Source: Carcharhinus amblyrhynchos
Taxonomy: Eukaryota
Direction: 5' to 3'
Assembly: GCA_965287045.1 (NCBI GenBank)
Contig: OZ336877.1
Span: forward strand, 63,612,001 to 63,676,000
DNA length: 64,000 nt
Below, in pieces: positions 12,561-24,247 of the stretch (positions are counted from its first letter, which is position 1; each line of letters opens with the position of its first letter). A program made the translations under genes and the position numbers. The notes under the pieces are model-generated. The model had not been told where the DNA came from. It made no database searches and saw nothing but the letters and a program-made list of their open reading frames with translations.

Positions 12561-12949
12561 AGAAGTCCAGAGGGTGTGAGTGTCTGGAACAAGCTGCCAG
12601 AGGTAGTAGTAGAGGCGGGTACAATTTTATCTTTTAAAAAGCATTTAGATAGCTATATGGGTATGATGGGTATAGAGGGATATGGGCCAAATGAGGGCAA
12701 TTGGGATTAGCTTAGGGGCTTTAAAAAAAAGGGTGGCATGGACAAGTTGGGCCGAAGGGCCTGTTTCCATGTTGTAAACCTCTATATGACTCTATGACTA
12801 AGCCTCACAACATCAGGTTAAAGGCCAACAGATTTATTTGGTAGCACAAGCTTTTGGTGTGCTACCAAATAAACCTGTTGGACTTTAACCTGGTGTTGTG
12901 AGATTTCTTATTGTGCCCACCCCAGTCCAATGCCAGCATCTCCACATCA
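12561..12949 (+). mobile_element. Palindromic Penelope-like element flanked by a 13-bp target duplication
   Basis: Inverted arms 12804-12848 / 12858-12902. The end ...ccccagtccaatgccagcatctccacatcat is shared with the copies at 50966 and 60738. Direct repeat tacttgaatagga at 12548-12560 and 12950-12962. Confidence 0.75.
12568..12799 (+). mobile_element. CR1 LINE 3' end nested in the Penelope-like element
   Basis: tggaacaagctgccagagg...gggccgaagggcctgtttcc...(tctatgac)n tail; flanked by aagtc/aagcc. Confidence 0.85.
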
Positions 12950-13574
12950 TACTTGAATAGGATCAGGGGCAGGTGATTACACATTGCTATCCCCATGCAC
13001 AAAAATGGATCTAAATGAATTTTCTCCTCTGCACCTTCAATAAGCGCTCATTTATTTTAGTGGAATCCTTCCGGTTGTTTTGCTACCCTGTGCTTTATGT
13101 GGTTACTTGTAGTGATCTTTTCAGCTCTCTGTAATGTCACTTAGTGAAGACTCTTACTCACTGACATTAAGAGTCATGAATTTATTTCTGACACACAGGA
13201 TGGCGCTTGGACTAATTATATTTTGAGTTTTAGTTTAGTGATATCGTGATAATAGCTGTCGCTCACAAACCCCAGGGTTTTAAAGCAATTCCTTGCTACT
13301 GATCCACAGTGGAAGTTGGCAGCTGAGAAGGTAACTTATTATCGCAGATTATTAAATGCTATATAAAATTTAAATTTACAGCTCTTATTACTCAGAGCCC
13401 AGTGATAGTTTGTACAGATTCAAGTCATTATTATTGTGCCATATTTAAATCCTACTTCAAATAGCTGTGTGCCAAGCTCTAATTGATGTTAAAGATTGAA
13501 GCAGTAATTAGATTGCGAGAAGTGGGAGATAAGATTAAAAAGGAACACATTTTAACAGATGGGTTCAAAAGCAG

Positions 13575-13730
13575 TAACATTAACTTGCATTTATTTCGTA
13601 TATGTAACATCGAAAAAGGCCTAAGGGAAAAATGGATATTAAGCCGAACAAGTAACTATTAGGAGGAATACCAAGAGCTTGGCAAAGAGATGGTTTTAAT
13701 CACGGTATTAAAGGGAGAGATAAAGGTGTC
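13575..13730 (-). mobile_element. L2-like LINE 3' end fragment
   Basis: Begins aacttgcatttat; similar to the reverse complement of the L2-like tail at 39360-39484. Confidence 0.5.
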
Positions 13731-14239
13731 CACTGCTTTCTTGTTTTTCCTCATCAAATATAATAGGCCCCCATCCCCCTGGCTAATAAATCAGGGGGCA
13801 GTCTGCCCAGGGGAAATCATGGCTGTCCAGCAGCTATTTAATGGCAAATTGACCATTAATAGAAATGACTTCTACTCCTCAGGAACAGGTAGCCACGTCT
13901 CAGCGAGCTGCTGGACAATCAGAGGCTGGCAGTTCTCCAGTTAAACCTCAGTGGTGGTGATGGGATGAGACCCATAGTTGCCCACCCCAGTCCAATTTAA
14001 CCACCTTCAATTTAACCACTGGCAGACAAGTTGCACAATGCCACCCCCATTATAGGTAAAATAGATGACCCTAAATGAATTGGGGCAGCCAGTTAGATTG
14101 ATCTTATGCAATTCCCCCTGCCTTCAAATCTGCCAGAGGGGTAGCGTAAAAACCAACCCACCGTGTTTGCATTGTCACTAAGGGATTTTGCTTCTGCCTA
14201 AGAAACCAGTGGACCAACAGTCCTTGTGATTTAAACTTT

Positions 14240-14800
14240 CCAATAGATTTAGACCAAGCAGGGTGATATTAGCTGTGCAGTCCAGGTCAGAAAAAATGAA
14301 CAATGCTAGTGCCAATGATGCAGTCACTGATCCAGCCCAGTGCATGATAGAACAGAGATGGAGCAGGAAATGCCCATGCCCTACTCCAGGGTTGGTATAG
14401 AAAATCTCAGACTTACAATTCCCTACTTGCACTTGTACTTCTGTGTCATAATGTAGATCTTGAATCAGTCTCAAGAGGATTTCAGGAACACCAGTGCCTT
14501 GTAGAACCTTCCATTGGACATTTTTCATTGACAAGGAAAAATGTTGCCTAAGATTTCTATTTGCGATTGCCAGAGAGTGGTTAAATCTGCAATTAATCTT
14601 ATAGAATAAAGGTGGAACAACTGTAGTCTGTATTATAGATTGCCACACTTCTGTCCAAGAAACCATTGGAGCAAAGTCCTTGTGATTTACTCTTTCCAGT
14701 AAGTTATGGAATGGCATGGGTGAAACATGATTACTCTGAGTGACAGTATCTTGGTAGATGTGGGTGAAGCTGAACAAGTAGGGCATTTTCAAAGGTTGTT
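14240..14800 (-). mobile_element. Decayed RTE/RTE-X-like LINE reverse transcriptase
   Basis: ORF 14178..14957 contains WKVLQGTGVPEILLRLIQDLH...QVQVGNCKSEIFYTNPGVGHG, resembling the RT segment LW.L...GVP..L..LI..LH....GVRQG. Confidence 0.7.
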
Positions 14801-15099
14801 CCAAGAACTGAGATTTATTTGTCTGTAACTGCCATGTTAAGTGCATAGAGGGGTGTAGTGAACCAGACACACTCGGCAGAATTGGCTGAGCAGTTTCAGA
14901 AGTTAAAAAGCTGGATAGTCTGGAGTCAGCAGAAGGTGAAGATCCTGAAGAAAGCACAAATCTATCTGATTTCCTTCTAATTTTTTTGTGTGATCTGAAA
15001 CATGGATGCCGATTAACTAAGACATCAAGGCTAAATTATTGGAGGATAAAAGATGGTGGTCAAAGTTGTCTGTGAGCAAGACCATGGTAATAACGATCC

Positions 15100-15686
15100 T
15101 GGAAAATCTGAACCATTTTCTGTATTTTGGACACCTCCTCTTGAAAGGGAAGACATGGATGATGAAATTCATCAACAATGTGCTTCGGCTGTCTGAGGGA
15201 AAGAGTATTTGAGGGCCAGGATTTTAGGATCAGCATCGAGACTGAGATCATGGTTTACCAAGCATTATTAATCCCCATGCTCCCATTTGCTTTGGACGAC
15301 AAACAGCAGGAAGTTCAAAGTACTGGGAAATTATCACCAGCATTGTCCTCGCAAGATCCTCCAAATCTAGTGGCAAAAAAGGCAGCCAACTGCCACGGCT
15401 CCCCTAAACCAACTTGCTCATCATCAGTGTGCGCTGCTCAAAACCAGTACCACTGAGTGGGATATGTCTGCCTGACACCAGACTCCCCATGTGACTGCTT
15501 TCCTCGGAACTTGGTTTTGGCAGGAGACTCCCAAGGAGACAGCAGAAGTGCTTTAGGAATGCCCTCAAATCATCCCTGAAGATATCCCTGAAACTAGTGG
15601 CATTTGCTACCAAATGAACCTGTTGGACTTTAACCTGGTGTTGTGAGACTTCTTACTATATCAAACATACCCAGTGACTCACGGGT
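15100..15686 (+). mobile_element. RTE-clade LINE relic, interrupted by a Penelope-like fragment
   Basis: FGCLRERVFEGQD...MVYQALLIPML resembles the RTE C-terminal motif FGRLRKRVF...KL.VY.A.V.PTLLY. Confidence 0.7.
15590..15658 (+). mobile_element. Penelope-like terminal fragment
   Basis: gctaccaaatgaacctgttggactttaacctggtgttgtgagacttcttact is nearly identical to 12861-12910. Confidence 0.75.
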
Positions 15687-15700
15687 GATTTGGGAGTGGG

Positions 15701-16830
15701 GAGGGGGGATTCTCCCAAAAGTGCTGAATTGTCAAAAAAAACTGTTCTAGATCATGACTGTTTTCTTAGTTCAACTTCACACTTGAATCTCTCCACTCTG
15801 TGCATGGCAGAGGCCTCAATCATGAATCTCATTAAAAACCCAGGGGGTGGGGCCTATTTGCGCTGGAGTCTGACGGTTCTGGAACTATGTGCATGCGCAG
15901 TGGTCCCGATCTGTCAATCTCCCTGTTTGCTGGCCAGTCCGGGACCTCTGCAGTGCTGTCCCTCCAACCACCCCATAGCCCAGTCATGGCCCCCAAAACA
16001 ATTCCTGGGCCAGCCCTGAGCCCCCCCATCCTGGGGCGCCCCGATGTCCAATCTTCCGCACCCAGCAGTGGTGATCCCCCCACCCTTCCTTCTGGGCAGA
16101 CCCCACCTCTCCAACTGACAACCCACCGGGGTCTGATCCCTAGAGGCAGGTCCCCCCTCCACCCCTCTCCCCCTCCCTGCAGACCCCAGCTCCACCCCCA
16201 GCCCAGCCTGATCGCTGGCCTCCCTCCAGCCCAGACTGATCCCCATGCAGAGTGGCAGTGGGACCCCCACCCCCACCAATCATTCCCTATACCCTGCCCA
16301 CAATAGGCCCCACCCCCTTGGCACTGCCCATTGCCTGGTAGGCAGTGCCAAGGTGTCCCAGAGCATGGACACTTTGCCCCTTAGGCAGTGTCAGGGGCAC
16401 AGGCTGGCACTGCCAGAGTGCCAATGCCCAGGGGGCACAACCTCCCTGCCACACAACCCCCTGGGGGATCCCCGATTGTCCCCCCCCTTCACTCCAGCAG
16501 GGTCTCCTGCTAGTTCCCTGAACATGGGGAGCTACTCTAAACCCCGTTGGAGTTAAGTACTCCTGGCAGGGTGAGAGATGCTATCGGGTAGGGCAAGTTC
16601 CATGCCAGGCCTGATAATCACATGTAAAGTACATTTAAAATACATTAAAAACAAATTGAAATCACTTACCTCTCTTCCCATTAGTTTCCAGTATAGTCCT
16701 GACTGTGCCTGTTCCCTGGCTTTGGGAGATACGCATGTATTAGGATCGCATGCATGAAATGGCCAACATGCGATTCTTTCGACTAGACCTGTCAGAAAAT
16801 TTGCAGGTCGTGATGGAAGAATCATTCCCC
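15701..16830 (+). mobile_element. Large GC-rich non-autonomous element (putative Harbinger-type, imperfect TIRs)
   Basis: The left end gattctcccaaaa..gtgctgaatt...gaatctctccactctgtgca is homologous, in reverse, to 57600-57729 and 61700-61933. The right end ggaagaatcattcccc is an imperfect inverse of the left end. Confidence 0.6.
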
Positions 16831-17130
16831 CCCACCCCCCCGCCACACCCCAGTTTCTGACTGACCAAAATAGGGAAGCCTCATCTGGAAGCCGCTGAAC
16901 ATATTGAGAGATTTCATAGGGAAAGTGCAGAGGCAAAGTCAAAGTGTCGAAAAGAGTACAGAACCTTCCATAAAACTCAGCTATGCAACCCTTCAAGCAC
17001 CACCTGACCCGCATGTGGCAGAATCTGCAGACTATGCATTCATCTTATCAGCCATCTTAGAACTCATCGAACTAGAGTGGAAGCAAGCCGTCCTCAACTT
17101 GGGGGGACTGCCTAGGAGGAAGAGAAGAGT

Positions 17131-17225
17131 TAGCACTGTTGGCTGGACGGCTAGTGTTGGAATCAGATTAATACCAGCAGCTTGGAGTTCAATCCCCATT
17201 CCAGCTGACGTAGACTCAAGATCTA
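17131..17225 (+). mobile_element. tRNA-derived SINE head (family B)
   Basis: ggctggacggct...gagttcaatccccattccagctga matches the 19043 copy; B-box-like GTTCAA. Confidence 0.6.
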
Positions 17226-19042
17226 CTCCTCCCTCTACTGATAGCAAATAATCCTGGTATTTTGCCATGATTAGGCAAATAATTGCCAAGGATCAGCCTT
17301 CAGGCAGAGAACCTTTGCCACCCATGAGTCAAGTTTCTCTCAAAATCAAGACGTCAATACGATTCTCCACAATGAGAGTCTAGATGGACAGGAAGGGGCA
17401 CTGATTATTTATTTACTGACAGCATTGAAGGAGAGAGCAATGGGTAGGCTGAAAAGGTCAGGAAGTAGATTTGGGAGGTTCGCCCTTATTGAGGCACTGA
17501 ATTAGGTACTTTGGCGAGGATGGGACAGTATGAATTGCTGTCTGTAAGAAAACAGTGATGGGTGTTTTATATTCTCTTTGAAGTACAGCAGGTAGTATGG
17601 GCTTATTCTAGGTCTGTTTGAAACTTGGAATGTTAGCAGGAAGCAGGTGAGTACTGATGGGTTAGAGAAGAGATTAACGGGTGTGATCTGGAGGGAAAGG
17701 AAAGATGTGGTCAGGTGAAAGGAAGTGAAGGAGACAGGAAAGAAGATCCCAAGAGGAAATGTGAGAAAAGGAAAAGGATAGAACAGTAATGGGATCAGAT
17801 CTAGAGCAGTAACCTGAATGCACATTATTTAGGCACCAAAGGAATTTCACTTACATAGGGGTGGCAGAGATTAGATGAAACATAACCTGGCCATAAAGAG
17901 ATAATAGAAAGGAGGTGATTAAATAAAAATGTTCAAAGATTGAGTCTGAAGGTCAGCAATAGAATAAAGCAAACTTTTGGACAACGTAGTGTTATTTATG
18001 ATATCCAGGTTCAGAGCAATCTGTAGAGTGGGAATAAATCCAGAAGCCATCTAAAGGATAGGTTATTAGCCAAGTGAAATCAGCAGGCCAGGAGAAACAG
18101 AGTGTAGATGTTGACATTGGACCCTGTGGATTTTCTTTGTGGGCTCAGGTATTAGCAGTGCTTAACAGTCATTCTGAAGGGTCAGCACTGGAAGGAGGAG
18201 CAGTGAGACTGAAAAGTAAGGATCAAGAGCAGTGAAGACCAGCAAGCTAGTTGAGGGTGAAGCATTAACGTACTGATGAAGGCAGATAATGGAGCTAGTT
18301 GAAGGAACAGATGGTGAACTAGTTTAAATTTGAGGAAATTGAATAGCAGATGTTGAGGATGGGAGATAAAGTTTGCAGTGTTAGCATTAACTTGTAGCTT
18401 GAACCTGTAAGTTTTCTTAACTGTACCCATTATAAAGATTAACTATTAAGAGTTTTAGGAGCTGGGGAGAGAAGATTGAAGAGGATGGCAAAGAATTGCA
18501 GTGGCTAGTCACAGATGGATTTCCAAAGGAGACAACTTTCATGGGAAGCTACCAGTCTGGGAACCACCTTACAGAAATTATAAAATCAGTGCGCAAGTGA
18601 GTTTCAAAATTGATGCTTGTGGAATTAAATCATCTACAATTTGGATGTTAATCACAGGTTTGACCTTGGGTAGCCATTGTTGACATTATGAATTTGAGTG
18701 TCTGGTCATGACTGAGTGTCATTTAAACTTCCCCTGGAGTCAGAATGCTAGTAAACTTGGTTGCATATACCAAGGAGAGAAATCATCTTTGTGGGCTCCT
18801 GACCACTATGCTTGTGCCCCTTTTCAGAAGGTTAACCACACGGTGGTGTTGGTGGTTATCCATTGACATGCCCATATTATGGACCAGCCTGCTGCTTGCT
18901 AGATTGAGAAGATCAGCTTTAATCGATGTAAGTACCTGTCTAACTTTACACTGAACAAGTTTTGATCTTGTTTTAGATACCCTCATGTATAGATATGTGC
19001 TAATCACAAAAGTAACTTGCAGTTATACAGAGCCTATAATGT

Positions 19043-19264
19043 CAGTTAGCTCAGCTGGCTGGACGGCTGGCTACGATACAGAGTGATGCCAACAGCATGG
19101 ATTCAATTCCTGTACTGGCTGAGGTTATTCATGAAGGTCCTGCCTTTTCAACTGTACCCCTTGCCTGAGGTATGATGACTCTCAGGTTAAATCACCACCA
19201 ATCAGCTTTCTTTCTCTCAAAAAAGAGGGAGGGCAGCCTTTTGGGACATTGCAACTTTTACTTC
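19043..19264 (+). mobile_element. tRNA-derived SINE (family B), near full length
   Basis: A-box-like tagctcagctgg and B-box-like gattcaattcc, followed by body and short tail. Confidence 0.7.
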
Positions 19265-19269
19265 AATAT

Positions 19270-19470
19270 CAAAAAACACCTGAAAACACTTTCACAGAAG
19301 TGTAATCAAAAATATCTCCATCAGGCCAAACAAGGAAGTGACCAAAAACTCAGGTGCCTTTAGAGAGGGTCTTAAAGTGGGAGAGGGAAGTGCAGTGATC
19401 AGGGATTTTGGAAGAGAATTCCAGAATGTAGGATGTGGATGTCTGGAAACCAGTTGCAAGTGATTAGGTG
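19270..19470 (-). mobile_element. L2-like LINE 3' fragment
   Basis: The minus strand gives PTFWNSLPKSL, typical of L2/CR1 ORF2 ends. Confidence 0.55.
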
Positions 19471-22400
19471 AATGGAAGGCAATAGATGCTGTATGTGATC
19501 TGAACATCTTATCTGTAGTACCTAATATTTAATTATACGTAACAAAAGTGGTGCAACAATAGAATGCCCTTGTGATCTGAATGGGGTTTTGTGTTGTTCA
19601 CACATTGCCACATGCACCTATCTAGCCTTTGGATAGACTGATTGAAATAACACATGGCAAGGTGAGGTCAGATGCCAGTTGTTAGGCTACTTTATTTATT
19701 AACAAGTGAGCAACAGTTATGGTCAGATTCACTTAATTTAATCAGCACAAATTGTTGTTATATAATATGCAAAATAATGACCATGCTGTGCTTCCCCACG
19801 TCAGTGCGTTATCTAACATGACTTGAGCAGAATTCTAACTGCCTTCCTGCATCCTAGTCTTGAATCTGATGAATGCTTGCCCTTGTAGCGCTCTGCTTAA
19901 AAAAAGATCTGACTTGTCAATGAATGTTCTCATCCCAACGTATATCTCTCCCTCTTCACAGCTAGGGGGGAAACATATGCCAGGGAGGCCCTGCTGAATG
20001 CCTGGGATCCAGGCACAACTGATATAGCGGCTGTGAGCTGTTTATCAATTACAATCACAAGCCAACAAATTGCTTATTGTTTTTCAATCTTTATGTCAAC
20101 AACATGATGAAGAGATTGTGCACCTCACTCACTGTTACATCAGATGTCATGTAACTTTAATTGGGACTGCCAGTTATAAAACAGCCCATCTGAGTTATCA
20201 TGGCAGTAATCTATTAGTTTAACTTGCATGCAAAAAATACAAACAAGCAACGTTATTTAATCTAAAAACTCAGGTTATTTACTGTATCTCCTACGGGACC
20301 CAGAGCAGCTAGAATCAGCTCATTGAGTTCTCTGGGAACATAGCCAGGGGTAAAATTAACTTCAGCAGGGGAGCAAAACAGGCTATAATGGATCTTTAGT
20401 GGGAGGTAATATCTGATGAGATGTATCACAGGTGACTGATTCACACTTGCACGCTTTGCATAGAGTTTGAAATTTAGCCCCTCAGTTCTGATAGGGGAAC
20501 AGCTCTTTGAATTGAACCCAAGGCCAGAATGTAAGCATCATAACTGGTTAGCTACTAATCTGATCATTAAAATGTTACAAGTTTTGAAGAATAACATTTA
20601 ATGGAAATTGTTAAACTAGTACAGATGTTCTTGGATAAAGGAAATTTGTTTTAAACTTCTGGAGTTTTTGCATTTGAAGCATTAAAGACTTGAATACTGC
20701 AGAGTTAACACCACATGCATGTTTCACTTTCTAGAATCACATAATCAAACATGTATTGCTCCCAATCAGATGTGTAATAGCAGAGATATAAATAAAATCT
20801 GTTCTTTAAATAATACAAATTTTCCCCATTCTTCAGCTCCAGTCATTTTTTTAACCACAAATTCCTGGAAATGTACATTTATAATAATGCCACAGTGTCA
20901 ACAATGGACTTGGGACCTCATTAACACCACCTGCAGTGGTAGATTTCCAAATCAAAGAAATTTCGGGATGATGAAAGAAACAAAGAGAATGTTCATGAAG
21001 AAAATAGGGCGAATTAAAGTTAAATCCTAAACAAAAAGAGAAATTATGAGAGGTGGACAAAGATTGCATTAAAAGAGGAGAACAAATACAGAAAATAAAT
21101 GTAATGGTGTAAAAAAAACCTCTAGGGACAATTTACCACTTGTAAGAGTGAGACTCCACAGATCCAATTGATAAAAGTTGGGTTTCATATTGGAACATAA
21201 ATCACATTACTAACAGGGTCACTATGATGTGAAATAGCAGCCCTTAAGGTCTTTGTGAGATTCATTCTTTTTTATGGTGCAAACATAGCAATTTCTTGAC
21301 ATGTTAGATGGCAAACTCCAGTTTTTTTGAGAGGCTTATAATAGAGCAGTGCAAATAATCCAGCAATCTGTGCTGATTCACAACTGTTAACACATTGCTT
21401 CCTCACCACTAATTGCTTGACTTTTTTTTTAATGCACTGAAGGCAGGTGCCATGAACTCACCATTATTTTCTCACAATTTATGGCCCATTATTTTCTCAG
21501 GTTTCAGCCATGAGCAGTTTGATACCAAATGAGTTAACTTTAGTGATGATTTTAGTTTATTTGAAGCATTGCCTAGTTGAAAATCCTTTAATTCCATCTG
21601 CCGAGGGTCAAACATATGGGCAAAATAGATTACAGTCACGTTGATTCAAATGAGATCATGTTCTACCTTCAGCTGGCAGGTGCACCCTCTCCCTTTTCTG
21701 GTGAAGCATTATCCCATTGTGATAAGGCTAAATTGGATCTGGCCTATTTATTATCTATTGAAATCAAAAGCTATAACCAAGAAAATGTATAGCAAGATGC
21801 GAAAGCAGCTTGCTGGGAGATAATCTTTCGGAAATAGCCGTTGTGCTTCTGCTGTGATGGAAACATTGAAAAACCCTCAAAGTGACTTTGTATAATCTTT
21901 CTGGAGGCGATGACGTGTTTGTCATGAAACAGAAACTTTGGACAGATTATACAAATTTGCTTCTGCAGCACGAGCAACAGTTTGTGGTATTAATGGATGG
22001 AAACACTGACATTTGCATCCAAGCTACCAATGTGTGCAGCATATGTGCAAATTTGTGTGATATTCCCTTATGGTTATACAGGCCCCAGTACTTGCAGGGG
22101 AGGAGCATGACTTGGAAACCTAAAAGTTCAAGTAATCCAGAGACCTTGCTGAATTTTATGGTAGAACATTTTAAAAAAAAACCTTCCATGGGCTGGCCAG
22201 CAGCCAGCCACATGAGGAGCTAGCTAGCTGTCAGATAGAAAGGCCTGGGCTGGAAAGCCTTAACTGGGCAGTTGAGAGGAGGGGGGATAGTTTTGTGGCA
22301 ATTAAGGTAGAAATGGTAGAGAATAAAGGAGAGATCATGGAGGTGGAGCTGGAGTTCAGTGTGGAATACTGTGGGGTTTGGGTGGTGAGATCACGTGTGA

Positions 22401-22591
22401 TTGTGGAAGTTGAGAGGGAGATCATGGAAGTTGGGGAGAGGGCTTCAGATTATTGGCGGTGATCGATCATGGCAAGGTAATTGGTGGACCAAGGGTGGTA
22501 CTCCCATAGTTCTCAAGCAGCACCCAATGCTTCTCAGCTGTGTTTCTTGAGCCCTGAAAAACCAAGCCCAAGCACTGGCATCTGAAACATA

Positions 22592-22869
22592 TTTATTTAA
22601 TTTAATTTTTAGTGTCACAAGTAGGCATGCATTAACACTGCAATGGAGTTACTGTGAAAATCCCCCAGTTGCCATACTCCAGCACCTGTTCGGATACATC
22701 GAGGGAGAATTTTGCAAAGCCGTTGGGAGGTAACTGGAGCACCTGGAGGAAACACATGCAGAAATGGGGAGAATGTACAGACTCTGCACAGACAGTGACC
22801 CAAGCTGGGAATTGAATCTGAGTCTCTGGTGCTATGAGGCAGCAGTGCTAACCATTGTGCCACCATGCC
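22592..22869 (-). mobile_element. V-SINE variant with HE1 head and an alternative 3' tail
   Basis: Head is the reverse complement of ggcatggtggcacaatggttagcactgctgcc. The tail (gtcacaagtaggc..attaacactgcaat..agttactgtgaaaatccc) differs from the CR1-type tail and recurs at 37122 and 43283. Confidence 0.8.
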
Positions 22870-23059
22870 ATTCCATTTCAGGCATGCAGTCCCATTAGAA
22901 AATTAAAATGGCCACCTTGCCGCTCAAGATCAGATTAATTACTGACCCTTACCCCACCCCAATCTGCCCCAGTTAAAAGGGAAAATTGGCAGCTTGAGGT
23001 TGGATTAGAGATTTTTGTAATGTTAAAACGCTTCCAACCCTTGCCTGCTAGTTGTGTGA

Positions 23060-24110
23060 TTTTCTCCACGGAATGCATGACACAGGAAAGGGCATTCTGA
23101 TCAACTGTTTTATATTGACATTTATGCTCCAGATAAGTCTCTTCCCACCCTTCCTCATCTAATTCTATCAACATATCCTTTCATTCCTTTTTCCCTCAGG
23201 TCTAGCTTTCCCTCAAACCCATCTATGCTTTCTCTTCAACTGTTCCTTGCCATAGCTTGTTCCACTTTCTTGTTGTTATTTATATTTTTAAAGTTTTTTC
23301 TCCTGGATTCCCTGTTGCACTTAGAAATGACTGTCTTGTATTATGAACTCTAGCTTTGGACTGTCCCACAAGTGGAAACATTTTCTCTCTTGTCCACTCA
23401 TAAGACCTCTATCAGATCACCCCTCAAACTCCACAGTTCCAGAGAAAAGAGCCCCAGCCAATTAGAAAGTTCCTGATATGGATAACTTCTCCTTTCTGAT
23501 ATCATTTGACAGGGACCTATATGTCATTTTTATAATATGGAGACCAGAATTGTGTACAGTGCTCCAAGTGTGGTAACCTAGGTCCTATATCGGTTTAAAT
23601 AGCCTCTCTGCTTTTCAGTTCTTTCCAACTATTAATGTGCCATAATGCATTATTCCTGTAATATTTAGTTTGTAAGTCTTTAGAACATAATAGGCTGGTA
23701 ACTAGATTAGACACAGTCACAATTGGAGGTGGCTGGTAAACTTTCAGTTCTGCTCTACTGTGCTTTTCACTGTCTCTGCTGTGGCAGATTCTCAAACAAC
23801 TGTTCTCAGACTCCTCTATTCCCAAACTCCTCTATTACCCTTTTTCACATTAGTGCTTTCAAAGTGCATCACTTCACACTTCTTTTTGTTGAACTACATC
23901 TGTCATGCTTCAGCTCATTTCAACATCCTGGCTACATCATCCTAAAGTCCTTCTTCATCACCACTGTCTTGTCAATTTTTATATCATTTGCTAACTTTAT
24001 CTGTCTTTAACTATCTACATCTGTTTATAAAAATGAAGAGTAATGGACCCTAACCTGGTCCTTGCAGGAACACCACTGCAAAGTATCTTCAATCTGAAAA
24101 AATATCCATC
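23060..24110 (-). mobile_element. Old CR1 LINE relic
   Basis: ggagaccagaattgtgtacagtgctccaagtgtggt is the reverse complement of PHLEHCTQFWSP; heavily decayed. Confidence 0.7.
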
Positions 24111-24129
24111 TAGAGATTGGAGAAATTTA

Positions 24130-24247
24130 ATTAGTGTCGGGGGACTAGCGGGTAAAAACGCGTGGTTACCGGGATAGGGGCCTGTTGGTGCAGCCTTGAT
24201 GAACCGAATGGTCTCCTTGTGTACCGTAGGGATTCTATGATTCTATA
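24130..24247 (+). mobile_element. HE1-type SINE 3' fragment
   Basis: Ends gtagggattctatgattctat. Confidence 0.8.

Noticed and set aside
14178-14957. 259-aa ORF as a host gene
   Set aside because: Only decayed LINE RT motifs are recognisable, and the catalytic motifs are degenerate.
15576-15600. CTGAAGA-tatccct-GAAA-cta as a hammerhead
   Set aside because: No stem II can form. It arises from a short duplication at an RTE/Penelope junction.
15887-16556. Pro/Gly-rich ORFs in GC-rich regions (also 61047-61697)
   Set aside because: They lie within a dispersed repeat family, and the open frames reflect GC content.
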